The notes beneath the pieces were generated by a model. It did no database searches. It was given only the letters and a program-made list of their open reading frames with translations, and was not told where the DNA came from. Positions 1 through 9,408 of a stretch of DNA of 64,000 nt are shown here, piece after piece. Position 1 is the first letter of the stretch; the number at the start of each line of letters is the position of its first letter. This stretch comes from a bacterium. GTDB taxonomy: Bacteria; UBA8248. Location: assembly GCA_965221165.1 (NCBI GenBank), contig CBDCRP010000003.1:576001-640000 (forward strand). The letters are read 5' to 3'. The position numbers and the translations under genes are program-made.

Positions 1-1
1 G

Positions 2-487
2 GGCTCCTGGTTCTACGGCTCGCTGGTGTTTCCGAAACCCCGCGTGGTGGGTGCGGCTCTCGCCCTTTTGCTGACTTCCATCGTCTACTTTTTTCTCAAA
101 TTCTCCCGGCTCGGGAAGGCCATCCGCGCCACGGCGGGCAGTCACGATCTCGCGGCCACCTGCGGGGTTTACGTGAAGCGCATCTACTTGATCACATTCG
201 GCCTGGCGAGTGCGATGGGCGGGGCCGCGGGCGTCCTCGCCAGCATCATGTTCGCGATCTATCCCGAGATGGGCGATTCCTTCCTGATGCGCTCGTTCAC
301 CGTGATCGTGCTCGGGGGAATGGGTCACGTCATGGGCGCGGTGCTCGGCGGAATACTCCTCGGGCTCGCGGAGGGCATAGGCAGCCTCTATCTCAGCGGA
401 GAAGGCGGGGGGGCCATCTCGTTCGCCATTTTATTGCTCATCCTCATTTTTCGCCCCTCCGGACTCCTGGGCCGAAGGGAGGAATGA
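2..487 (+). CDS. Branched-chain amino acid ABC transporter permease (LivH-like), 5'-truncated by window edge
   Basis: Hydrophobic ORF, open from base 2, with LivH-type motifs SRLGKAIRA, FTVIVLGGMG and LILIFRPSGLLG. Confidence 0.9.
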   Translation, partial: GSWFYGSLVFPKPRVVGAALALLLTSIVYFFLKFSRLGKAIRATAGSHDLAATCGVYVKRIYLITFGLASAMGGAAGVLASIMFAIYPEMGDSFLMRSFTVIVLGGMGHVMGAVLGGILLGLAEGIGSLYLSGEGGGAISFAILLLILIFRPSGLLGRREE

Positions 488-493
488 GCCGAA

Positions 494-1420
494 ATGAAGA
501 AATACGCAATGATAGCCCTCGCCCTGATCGCGCTTTGCCTCTATCCCTACTTCGCGGGGCCGTATTTCATATCCATGGCGCTCCTGATCTTCATGTACAT
601 CAGCCTGGCGGGAAGCTGGAACATCATTTCCGGTTTCGCAGGGTATATTTCACTCGGACACGCGGTTTTCTTCGGGTTCGGCGCGTATCTGGCGTCCTTG
701 CAGATAACGAACTTCGGCACGCACTGGCTGCCGGCTTCCCTGCTCGCAGGCTTAGGCGCGTCCTTGCTGGCGGTGCCCGTGGGGGGGCTTTGCCTGCGCC
801 TTCGGGGGCCGTTTTTCGCCATCTTCATGCTCGGACTGAACGAGTTGATGGCCATCATCGCCTCGGTCTACGACAACATCACGGGCGGCGCAGAGGGACT
901 TTCCCTGCCGATTCTGCGCCAGATCCTCCCTCTCTACTTTGCCATGGGAATCGTGGCCCTATCGGTGTTTCTCGTGATGCTGTGGCTCGAATCGAGCCGG
1001 TTCGGCCTCCGCCTGCTCGCGATTCGAGAAGACGAGACGGCGGCGGACACGCTGGGGACGAACACGACTCTCTACAAGCTCATCGCCTTCATCATGAGCG
1101 CGTTTTTCCCGGGCGTCGTGGGAGGGATTTACGCCCGCTATATCACCTATATCGATCCCGAGACCGTGTTCAACATCCTGTTCAGCGTCCAGATGGTGCT
1201 CATGTGCATCCTGGGCGGGCGGGGCACGGCGTGGGGCCCCGTCATCGGGGCGACGACCCTGTACCTCATCCTGGAATTCACCTGGGCCAATTTCCCCCAC
1301 TTCCACAAGCTGGCTTCGGGCGCCTTGATCGTCTTGATCATTCTCTACGCTCCCCGGGGGATCATGGGCTTCATCTACGGGAGGGGGATCGCCCGCCTGC
1401 GGCCCTCTTTCAGGAACTGA
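494..1420 (+). CDS. Branched-chain amino acid ABC transporter permease (LivM-like)
   Basis: Motifs SWNIISGFAGYISLGHAVFFG, LRLRGPFFAI, GLRLLAIREDE, ILGGRGT, YAPRGIMG. Confidence 0.92.
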   Translation: MKKYAMIALALIALCLYPYFAGPYFISMALLIFMYISLAGSWNIISGFAGYISLGHAVFFGFGAYLASLQITNFGTHWLPASLLAGLGASLLAVPVGGLCLRLRGPFFAIFMLGLNELMAIIASVYDNITGGAEGLSLPILRQILPLYFAMGIVALSVFLVMLWLESSRFGLRLLAIREDETAADTLGTNTTLYKLIAFIMSAFFPGVVGGIYARYITYIDPETVFNILFSVQMVLMCILGGRGTAWGPVIGATTLYLILEFTWANFPHFHKLASGALIVLIILYAPRGIMGFIYGRGIARLRPSFRN

Positions 1421-1451
1421 AACGCACCCGCCGCGTCTTGCGGCCCGTAGG

Positions 1452-1460
1452 TGGTATGAT
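1452..1460 (+). promoter_or_regulatory. Possible extended -10 promoter (TGnTATGAT) for the DHDPS-family gene
   Basis: TGGTATGAT about 100 nt upstream of ATG 1559; no good -35 seen. Confidence 0.3.
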
Positions 1461-1558
1461 GGGGGAATTTTGGGGGGAAAATAAAGCGCCGGTTGCATGG
1501 TGGCCGGCCACTTGTTCGTTCTTTGGTTTCGTACCGTATTCGAGGAGAGGAATTGATT

Positions 1559-2530
1559 ATGGAATACACCAAATCCGAAGCGAAAGCCTATTGCAGGGAA
1601 CACATGACGGGCGTCTGGACCGCCTTGACGACGCCCTTCACGCCGGAGGGCCAGGTGGACGAGGAGGGCCTGCGCAGACTCGTGAGAACCTGCATCGACG
1701 ATCTCAAGATCGACGGGTTCTTCTGCAACGGGCTGATGGGCGAGTTCTGGTCCCTTTCTCCCGAAGAGCGCAAGCGGGTGCAGCACATCGTCTGCGAGGA
1801 GAGCCGAGGAGGCGCGCAGACCATCCCCCACACGCCGCACATCAACATCGCCGAGGCGGTGGAGCTCACGAAACACGCCGAGGAAGTGGGTGCGGATTAC
1901 GCCATCATGATCAATCCGGTGTACGGAGCGCACGACGACGACGAGATTTTCCTCTACTTCAAGACCATCTGCGATCAGATAGACATCGGCCTCTCGCTGT
2001 TCAATCAGCCCAAGTCGGGAACGACCCTGAGTCCCGAACTCATCGAGCGGCTCTGCACGCTCGAGAACATCTGCTGCATCAAGAACGCCGTCCCCAGCCT
2101 CGCCCACCAGAGCGAGGTGCGCCGCCGCGTGGGGGATGAGATCGTCGTCTGCGACCCGGACGAGGAGCGCTTCCTCGTCAGCCTCACCCATCTGGGAATG
2201 CAGGTGCACATGTCCTCGCCCCTGCCGTACCTGTATCAGGTGCCGGGCTACACGCCGATTCGCGACTACTACGAGGCGGCGATGGCCGGGGACATGGAAA
2301 AGGCCTGGCAGATCAACTATTCGCTCGAGCCTTTGCGCGCGATTCGCAAGAAGTATTTTACGACGGGCCCGAACGGACGCACGACGGCGTACTTAAAAGA
2401 GTGGACGAGACTGCTCGGCCTGCCCGCGGGCGCGCCGCGCCCGCCCGTCGTGCCCCTCACGCAGCGGGAAAAAGACGCGTTCAGAAAAGACCTCGAGGCC
2501 ACCGGCATCCTGGATAAGGTGCAAAGGTAG
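1559..2530 (+). CDS. Dihydrodipicolinate synthase/N-acetylneuraminate lyase family aldolase (non-canonical)
   Basis: TALTTPF, NGLMGEF, Schiff-base Lys in CIKN, PRPPVVPL; RBS GAGGAGAGG before ATG 1559. Confidence 0.85.
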   Translation: MEYTKSEAKAYCREHMTGVWTALTTPFTPEGQVDEEGLRRLVRTCIDDLKIDGFFCNGLMGEFWSLSPEERKRVQHIVCEESRGGAQTIPHTPHINIAEAVELTKHAEEVGADYAIMINPVYGAHDDDEIFLYFKTICDQIDIGLSLFNQPKSGTTLSPELIERLCTLENICCIKNAVPSLAHQSEVRRRVGDEIVVCDPDEERFLVSLTHLGMQVHMSSPLPYLYQVPGYTPIRDYYEAAMAGDMEKAWQINYSLEPLRAIRKKYFTTGPNGRTTAYLKEWTRLLGLPAGAPRPPVVPLTQREKDAFRKDLEATGILDKVQR

Positions 2531-2849
2531 AACAGCCCCTTCGGGGACCAAAGATTCACTAGGCCCTTCGAAATCACCCCTAACTTGAGACTCATTTGCG
2601 TCCAAGACGCGGGGATTATCGCAGATAACGAAATTTGGTTAAAGCTGATACTGTGTCGCGTCAATCGCGATCAATACAGGAGTAAATTGTTTCGAATATT
2701 TTAGCCCTATGTTGAAACTTTGCAGAAGAAATTAATAGGCAAGAATCGCTACCGCATCTTAGGTATCAAGACATATGCACCTCGGTACGGCCAAGTAGAA
2801 CTAATACAGGTGAGCGAAAAATGTCCCTAAAACCAGTCTTGAATAAATG

Positions 2850-3211
2850 TTATTTGACACAATGTTTAAATTCTTTCCTCGGCCATACAGAATTATTCAC
2901 ATGAGGCCTTATGCGATATAGGAGTGTCACTGGTGGTGTCGGCTTATCTTTGGCTTTAGTTTGTATTTGGAAGCCTGACAACAATAATTGCGCAGATTTT
3001 CCTCGTCCGATAGGTTCACCGTCTGAGAATATTTCAACCGAAACTGAGCCCCTGTCGCAACTCGCCATTGCAGTAATTACTAAACTCTTTCGACCCTGTA
3101 CATAGTACCAATGGCACGCTTCAACTAACATTTTTTTTGCGCCCAAATTGGTGTTACAAAAAATAAAGTCCCTACCAAAAAAGTGACGAGAACGCAAACG
3201 GTCCTGCTCAT
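2850..3211 (-). pseudogene. Secreted hypothetical protein split by a frameshift at an A8 tract
   Basis: AAGGAG RBS and ATG 3211 give signal-peptide-like MSRTVCVLVTFLVGTLFFVTPIWAQKKC, stopping at 3127-3125; the -1 frame continues (MLVEACHW...HCVK) to 2850; T8 run at 3131-3138; AT-rich region. Confidence 0.6.
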
Positions 3212-3419
3212 GTCATCTCCTTTTTTTCGTCAAAATTCATATTTCTCAACTAGATTTAGGAACAAAAATAATGTCTGCAAAACTTAGGACCAACTCAAAA
3301 TGTAATTTAAGAATTGACCTTATAGTATACACATCTATACGCAATTTTTCAAGTTATAAATAATGCGAAGCGGAAGCCGCACAAATATCCCCATGTGGGA
3401 AGTGTAAACCCCTTCACTC

Positions 3420-4295
3420 TTAAGCCGCCTGCCAGATGATCACCACCATGCCGATGAACAACAAGGCGGCGCCCACCGTTTTCTGCCAGGTAATCTCCTC
3501 CTCTCCCTTGAGCCATATCCGGGCCAGCAGCAGGGAGAACAACGGGGCCGTATACACGATGGGGGCGATGATCGATACGTCGCCGTAGCGGTACGCCGTG
3601 AAATGGCAGAAAAAAGAAACCGTGAGAATCGAGCCCGCCAGCGCGAATCCCGTGACGCCCGCCCGGTTGAAGGAGAGCCGCTCATCTCCCGGCAGGAAGG
3701 GATAGAACATGAACAATACGGGGATGGAAATCGCATAAGAAAGCGTGGCCCCCAGCAGCGGTTCGGGCATGAGAGTGAGCGCTTGTTTTCTGATGGATGC
3801 GGCGAAGGCGAACGAGACGGCGTGGGCCATCGGCATGAGGATGAAAATCCTCCGCCAGGGCTTTTCCCCTTCCCTCTTGAGCGCCAGCAGAACGCATCCC
3901 GCAACGACGAAGAGCGTCGCGCCTAACACCACGACGCCCGGTCGCTCGCCGAGCCAGGCCATCGCCACGAGCGTGGAGAAAAAAGGCGTCACCGTGATGA
4001 GCGGCATGGCGCGGCCCACCCCGATATTGCTGATGCTCAGGAACATGAGCGCCTGCGCCATTCCGGGCGCGAGCGCGCCGCCCGCCAGAAACCACAGGGC
4101 GACGGGCAAGGTGAGTTCGCTCCATGAAGAAAAAAAGGCGGAAACGACGACCAGAACCGCCGTCCCGATGCTCAGCGTGACCAGGCTGCCCGTGAAGGCG
4201 CTCGCGTGGCGCATGGTCCGTCGCGCCATGACGCTGAAGACGGCGAACAGCACCGCCGAGGCGAGCGCAAAAAACGAGGCCAGCAAAGGGTTCAA
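3420..4295 (-). CDS. EamA/DMT family transporter
   Basis: About 10 hydrophobic segments with two EamA repeats (AWLGERP, IWLKGEEEIT). Confidence 0.9.
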   Translation of the reverse strand: MNPLLASFFALASAVLFAVFSVMARRTMRHASAFTGSLVTLSIGTAVLVVVSAFFSSWSELTLPVALWFLAGGALAPGMAQALMFLSISNIGVGRAMPLITVTPFFSTLVAMAWLGERPGVVVLGATLFVVAGCVLLALKREGEKPWRRIFILMPMAHAVSFAFAASIRKQALTLMPEPLLGATLSYAISIPVLFMFYPFLPGDERLSFNRAGVTGFALAGSILTVSFFCHFTAYRYGDVSIIAPIVYTAPLFSLLLARIWLKGEEEITWQKTVGAALLFIGMVVIIWQAA

Positions 4296-4329
4296 GGCGT
4301 TCTCCAGGCTGAGGCTTTTTCCATTTCGC

Positions 4330-5205
4330 CTACGCGCTCGCCCAGGCGATGATGGCCGTACCGCAAAAGAGCAGCGCCGCCCCGGCCCATTTTTGCCACG
4401 TCAGTTTCTCCTCCTCCTTAAGCCAGACCCGCGCGAGCAGGAGGGAGAACAAAGGAGCCGTATAGCTCAAGGGCATCACGATGAACACCTCTCCATACTG
4501 AAACGCGGCGAAAAACGCTATATACGCCACCGCGTTGATGACGCCCGCGACCGTGAACCACAAAAGTCCTTTCCTGTCCATCCGGAAACGCTCGGCCTTG
4601 GGCAGGGCGGGAGCGAGCAGTAAGAGCGTGGGCAGGGAGACGGCGTTCGCAATCAGCGCGCCGATGATGAAGTCTCCATAGAGGAGCAATCCATAGCGCC
4701 TTGATGTAGATACGAAGGCCATCATGAAGGCGTGCAGAAAAGGATAAATCATGTGAATCCGCCGCCAGTCGGAATCCCCCTCGGGCTTGGCCGTCAGGAA
4801 CAGGCACCCCGCCGTGACGAAAAAAATGGCGAGCCAGACAGCGAGGTCCGGCCTCTCCCCGAGCCAGGCGATCGCCACCAGCGTCGCGAGGAAAGGCGTT
4901 ATCGTCACCAAAGGCATCGTGCGGCCCACGCCGATGCTCCTGTAGCCTAGAAACAGAAGTAACCGGCTGAAGCCCGGCGCGAAGATACCGCCCACAAAAA
5001 ACCACAGCGCCGCCTTGTACGTGAGCCCGCCCCAGTCCGAGAAGACGAGGGAGAGGCCGCCCAGAATCGGAATCCCTATCGCCAGACCGATCACGGCGCC
5101 GACGTAGGGTGTGGTTGCTCCCAGAGCCTTGCGCGCGACGATGCTGAAGACGGCGAACGAAACCGACGCCGTGAGACTGAAAGCGATGGCGAGTTGGTGA
5201 TCCAA
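4330..5205 (-). CDS. EamA/DMT family transporter (tandem paralogue)
   Basis: Same 291-aa length and shared motifs (IGVGR.MPL.T.TPF, WLGERP, YTAPLFSLLLAR.WLK) as the neighbour. Confidence 0.9.
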   Translation of the reverse strand: MDHQLAIAFSLTASVSFAVFSIVARKALGATTPYVGAVIGLAIGIPILGGLSLVFSDWGGLTYKAALWFFVGGIFAPGFSRLLLFLGYRSIGVGRTMPLVTITPFLATLVAIAWLGERPDLAVWLAIFFVTAGCLFLTAKPEGDSDWRRIHMIYPFLHAFMMAFVSTSRRYGLLLYGDFIIGALIANAVSLPTLLLLAPALPKAERFRMDRKGLLWFTVAGVINAVAYIAFFAAFQYGEVFIVMPLSYTAPLFSLLLARVWLKEEEKLTWQKWAGAALLFCGTAIIAWASA

Positions 5206-5350
5206 GGAGAGGACTTACCGGATCGGGAATACGCTGAAGCAGAAAAACCGGAGGGAAGGATTCACGCCCGCGCTCCCCCGTCGATGGCGGCGGGCGGCGT
5301 CCACCGCATCCCGAGCGCCACTGGTTTCAGTAAGGGCCATGCGCAAAGCC

Positions 5351-5896
5351 TCAACAGCCCGTTTTTATACACCTGATGCACTCGACGATGCTGTCCGGCT
5401 CGCTCGGTCTGGAGGAATTTCTGACATCGTAGCCTTCCATCTTTCCACTGCTGAACAAGCCGATGAGCATTCGCCCGTCTTCGAGGACGATGTAATCCCC
5501 GATGAGAACTCTTCCGGTGGTTGCATCCCGAGCGGCGCGTCGATAAATTTTCCGGGTCTTAATTTTGTGGTTGCACGAAGACGCGTATCGGGTTCCGTTC
5601 TTCAAGACGTGGGCTTTGCCGTCCACGATGTCCGTATGCGTTCGGCGCCCCTCCCCGGAAAGCCAGCCGTCCGTGAAGTTCACTCTCGTAATTCCGTCCT
5701 CACCCACATGAAAGGATATTTTCATATAGCGAATTTTGCCGCAAATCCACTCGCCGATCATCTCCGGGCTGCACTCGGAGACCGGGTCGGCGACCTTCCC
5801 GACGGGGCGATCCGGCCGTTCGGCGGCGGAAGCGGTTCCAGTGGGAACGGCCAGGACGAGCAAGAGAAACAAGGCATTCAGGCCGAAAGAAAACAT
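5351..5896 (-). CDS. Hypothetical secreted protein, Cys-containing
   Basis: N-terminal signal peptide (LFLLLVLAVPTGTASA), GGAGG RBS, 6 Cys; no family recognised. Confidence 0.6.
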   Translation of the reverse strand: MFSFGLNALFLLLVLAVPTGTASAAERPDRPVGKVADPVSECSPEMIGEWICGKIRYMKISFHVGEDGITRVNFTDGWLSGEGRRTHTDIVDGKAHVLKNGTRYASSCNHKIKTRKIYRRAARDATTGRVLIGDYIVLEDGRMLIGLFSSGKMEGYDVRNSSRPSEPDSIVECIRCIKTGC

Positions 5897-6029
5897 GAGC
5901 GCCTCCCGGGAAACGTCCGGTTTTGCGGAATTCTACACCAGGCAGGCGAAAAGCGCCGCTCGCATTCCGGGAAGCATCAGGATGTCTCTCGGGATGGTGG
6001 GAAGCAGGGTTCGCTCGGAGCGCGCGAAA

Positions 6030-6089
6030 TTGACCAGGGGACCAAGCTTCGATATGATAAGTGTGTATGCGTTTATGTGTATATACACA
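6030..6089 (+). promoter_or_regulatory. Sigma70 promoter and palindromic operator of the RHH-PIN TA operon
   Basis: TTGACC(6030)-N17-TATGAT(6053); perfect 14-bp palindrome TGTGTATATACACA at 6076-6089 next to the RBS. Confidence 0.7.
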
Positions 6090-6101
6090 GGAGATTGTCC
6101 C

Positions 6102-6338
6102 ATGACTCGATGGAACCTTTCCATTCCCGAAGAAACAGACCGCGCGGTCCGCACCTTTCTTGCGCGCAACGGCGGCAAGAAAGGAGACCTCTCCCGGTTC
6201 GTGGACGAAGCCGTGCGCCGCCGCGTGTTGGAACTCACCGTGAGCCGGGTCAAGGACCGCAACGCTCGGTATGACCAAGAGGAACTCCTCGATCTGATCG
6301 ACGAGGAGGTGGACGCCGCGCGTGCGGGTCGTTCTTGA
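6102..6338 (+). CDS. Ribbon-helix-helix antitoxin (XACb0070-like)
   Basis: MTRWNLSIPEETDRAVRTFLA...GDLSRFVDEAV; AGGAG RBS; overlaps the downstream PIN gene. Confidence 0.8.
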   Translation: MTRWNLSIPEETDRAVRTFLARNGGKKGDLSRFVDEAVRRRVLELTVSRVKDRNARYDQEELLDLIDEEVDAARAGRS

Positions 6339-6738
6339 CGCCAACGTCCTCATCGGCGCGCTCATCTCCAGCGGCACACCGCCGGACGGGTTGTATCGGG
6401 CATGGCTGCGAGGCGAGATCGAACTCGTAACGTCCGCCGCGCAAATCGCGGAAATAGCCGACGTCGTCTCCCGGCCTCGTCTCAGGAAATTTATCGACCC
6501 CGATGAAGCGGCGGACATCCTCGATAACATCGGCTCCCGCGCCCTCATCCTCGATGAATTGCCGGAGGTGAACCTCTCCCCGGATCCGGGGGACAACCCG
6601 ATTCTGGCGGCGGCAATCGCAGGCGAGGCCGACCTGATCGTCTCAGGCGACAAGAAACACATGCTCACCTTAGGAGAAATCGAAGGCATTCCCATCGTGA
6701 CCGCTCGTGCGGCCTTAGCGCGCTTGGGCGGAGCATAG
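6322..6738 (+). CDS. PIN-domain toxin of type II TA system
   Basis: VVLDANVLI, E-x-x-D, DPGDNPILAAA, IVSGDK PIN motifs. Confidence 0.88.
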   Translation: MRVVLDANVLIGALISSGTPPDGLYRAWLRGEIELVTSAAQIAEIADVVSRPRLRKFIDPDEAADILDNIGSRALILDELPEVNLSPDPGDNPILAAAIAGEADLIVSGDKKHMLTLGEIEGIPIVTARAALARLGGA

Positions 6739-6772
6739 CAACCGTGAAAGACTTTCGTCTTCCCGGATACTC

Positions 6773-7993
6773 CTAGAAATACACCTCTCCGGGTCTCACC
6801 GGCGGCGTCCACTCGCACTCGCCGAACGGGCCGTCGCTTTTCTCCTTGACGTAGGCGATGCGGTTGTCGTTCACGCTCTCGCCTATCAGGGCGCGGTGCA
6901 GCCAGTCCAGAATGTATTGGTGGTTGTCCATGCCGCCGAGATTCTTCAGGCTCACCAGGGGGTGGAACTGGTTCTCGAACACCCACATCTCTTTCTGACA
7001 CGTCAGATCCTCATACACCTCGATGGCGTCCTCGAGCGGGCAGAGCGGGTCGAACTCGCCCGTCACCAGAAGCGTGGGGCACTGAATCTTGTCCATGTAG
7101 CCCTTTACGGTCATGTTGCGCGCCATCTCGTCGAAGGCGTCCTCATCGTCCATGCCCGCCATGTACATGAACACCTGCTTGAAGCGGGGAGAGGACTGCG
7201 TGAAGATGGTGTTGTTGGGGTTGAAGCACGCCACCGCGCTCGCCACCGCCGCCGCCCGGTGGTCGTAGCTCGCCAGGCGGAGCGACCAGAAGCTGCCCAT
7301 GCTGATGCCGTAGATGCCGATTTTGGCGGGTTCGATTTCCTCGCGCCCCAGGAGGTAGTCCATCACCGCGGCGCCCGCGCGCTCGTAATTGTCGCCTACG
7401 GCGCGGATTTTCTGGATGTTGGAATTCCCCTGCCCCGGTCCGTCCATCGCCAGGACGTGAAAACCCCTGTCCGCCGCCACGTTGCGCCGCGCGTGGGGGA
7501 AGACTTCCTTGCTCTGGTCCATGCCCGGCACGTAGATGATGCAGGGTGCTTTTCTGCGGTCCGGCAGCAGGTGCAGGAGGCAGGATATCGTCTTGCCGTC
7601 GTCGAAGGGCGCCTCGACGCGCTCGATGGGATAAGAAGCCGTTTCCGAGCGCCTGTCGACCATCTCCTTGAGCTTGTTGCACAGGTAAATCTTCACCGGA
7701 TTGTCGTCATAGAAAATCGGGTGCTGCGCCATGCGGTAGGCCTCGATGGCGTGGTCGTAGTGCTCCGTGGCCGTGGCGTCAAAGCCCTCTCTCTGGGCTT
7801 TCTTCCCGAGTTTTTCGTGTTCTTCTGCGGACTCGCGCCAGACCTTGGGCAGCATCTGGTAGTTGTGCGCGCGCTTGCCCTGGGGGACTTCCAGGTAATC
7901 GCGCTCGAAGTTCTGGACGCGGCCTCTCATGTTCAAGGCCAAATCGAGCATCCACTGCTGGTTGTCTCTTTCGGTGCGTAGCTTCCGAATCAT
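6773..7993 (-). CDS. Alpha/beta hydrolase (2,6-dihydroxypseudooxynicotine hydrolase/FrsA-like)
   Basis: PGMDQSKE, DGPGQG, nucleophile GISMG, GEFDP, C-terminal His (NQFH). Confidence 0.8.
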   Translation of the reverse strand: MIRKLRTERDNQQWMLDLALNMRGRVQNFERDYLEVPQGKRAHNYQMLPKVWRESAEEHEKLGKKAQREGFDATATEHYDHAIEAYRMAQHPIFYDDNPVKIYLCNKLKEMVDRRSETASYPIERVEAPFDDGKTISCLLHLLPDRRKAPCIIYVPGMDQSKEVFPHARRNVAADRGFHVLAMDGPGQGNSNIQKIRAVGDNYERAGAAVMDYLLGREEIEPAKIGIYGISMGSFWSLRLASYDHRAAAVASAVACFNPNNTIFTQSSPRFKQVFMYMAGMDDEDAFDEMARNMTVKGYMDKIQCPTLLVTGEFDPLCPLEDAIEVYEDLTCQKEMWVFENQFHPLVSLKNLGGMDNHQYILDWLHRALIGESVNDNRIAYVKEKSDGPFGECEWTPPVRPGEVYF

Positions 7994-8130
7994 CTTTTCT
8001 CTCCACGTTTTGATAAAACGGCAAAAAAATTTCGCCGAAAAGAATCTTCTCTCTGTACCGGATTCCGGCGGAATGCTAAGCGAGCCGTCACCCAGTGGCC
8101 AACGGCGCGCAACGCAAAATATAAAATCCG

Positions 8131-9303
8131 CTAGCGGACGACGTCCTCCGTTCTAAGAGCGGCTATCTCCTCTTGGGAGAAGCCCATCTCCCCGAGCACC
8201 TCATCGGTGTGCTGCCCCAGCATGGGCGGCGGCCTCCGCACGGAAGACGGCGTCTTGTCGAACTTCACGGGCACGCCCCCGATTTGTAAAACGCCGTATT
8301 CGGGATGCTCCGCCCGGGCGAGATAGCCCATCGCCCGCATCTGCGGGTCCTCATAGAGGTCCGTAGGCTTCCTCACGCGCGCGCAGGGCACGCCCTCGCC
8401 CTCGAACTTGCGCACCCAATCTTCCGCCGGTGCGGTGCGCAAGACCTCCTCCACGCGGGGGATGATGACTTCGCGCGCATCGTGCCTTCCCCGAAACACC
8501 TGCCAGGCATCGTTTTCGAGCAATTCGGGAAGGCCTAATATTTCGCAGGATTTCTCCCAGAAACCATCCACGTCCATGTAGAGGTAGATGTGCCCGTCCG
8601 AGACTTCATAGACGCGGGCGATCCTGTCGCTCAGGGCGTCTTCCACCTTCGAGACGGGTTCCGAGTCGCTGGCCCACATGAGGCGGCCGAACTGCATGGC
8701 CGTGGCCCCGCCCAGGAGCGATGCGTCGATGCGCTGGCCCTCGCCCGTGCGCTCGCGCACGTAAAGCGCCATCATCACCGCGCCGAGTGCGAGCGCGCCC
8801 GTCATGTAATCCACAAACGAGCCCTGCACCAACTCGGGCGCGCCGCCCGCTCCCTGTTCGGCGGGAATGCCCGCCGTGGTCTGGATGATGGGGTCGATGC
8901 CCCGGCGTTCGCGCAGAGGCCCCCCCTGCCCGTAGGCGGAAATCGAGAGATAGATGAGCCGGGGGTTTTCGCGCATCAGGGCGTCTGCGCCGAGTCCGAA
9001 TTTCTCAATGGCTCCGGGACGATAACTCTCCACGAACACGTCCACTCGGGAGGCCAGTTTTTTGGCGATCTCCCTGCCCTGCTCCGTGCGCAGGTTGAGG
9101 GCGAGGCTGCGTTTGCTGCGGTTCAGGCCCAGGAACAGCCTGCTCTCCCCGTCGAAGGAGGTGGGGAAATTACGGACGCGATCGCCGCTCGGCGGCTCGA
9201 GCTTGACGACGTCCGCGCCCGCGTCGCCCATCATCAACGTGCAGAACGGACCCGCCACGTAATGCGTCAGGTCCAGCACCCGAATTCCTTCCAAACCGTC
9301 CAC
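8131..9303 (-). CDS. CaiB/BaiF family (class III) CoA transferase
   Basis: LEGIRVLDLT, AGPFCT, GADVVKLEPP.GD, NRSKRS, catalytic Asp in FVDYMTG, PMLGQHT. Confidence 0.93.
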   Translation of the reverse strand: MDGLEGIRVLDLTHYVAGPFCTLMMGDAGADVVKLEPPSGDRVRNFPTSFDGESRLFLGLNRSKRSLALNLRTEQGREIAKKLASRVDVFVESYRPGAIEKFGLGADALMRENPRLIYLSISAYGQGGPLRERRGIDPIIQTTAGIPAEQGAGGAPELVQGSFVDYMTGALALGAVMMALYVRERTGEGQRIDASLLGGATAMQFGRLMWASDSEPVSKVEDALSDRIARVYEVSDGHIYLYMDVDGFWEKSCEILGLPELLENDAWQVFRGRHDAREVIIPRVEEVLRTAPAEDWVRKFEGEGVPCARVRKPTDLYEDPQMRAMGYLARAEHPEYGVLQIGGVPVKFDKTPSSVRRPPPMLGQHTDEVLGEMGFSQEEIAALRTEDVVR

Positions 9304-9408
9304 TTCTTTCCTCGATATTACATGAAATATATCTAATATCTATTTGAATTATAATATATTGTCAATGTAATGATTTATGGATCGTTCTCTTGATGTTGCC
9401 TATGATTT

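Noticed and set aside
484-2139. 551-aa plus-strand ORF
   Set aside because: Alternative frame overlapping the livM-like and DHDPS-family genes; R/P/G-rich GC-shadow composition
5339-7001. ORFs 5339-6274 (+), 5700-7001 (-) and the long N-terminal extension of 5736-6338
   Set aside because: They overlap better-supported genes; the RHH gene has its own promoter, RBS and ATG at 6102
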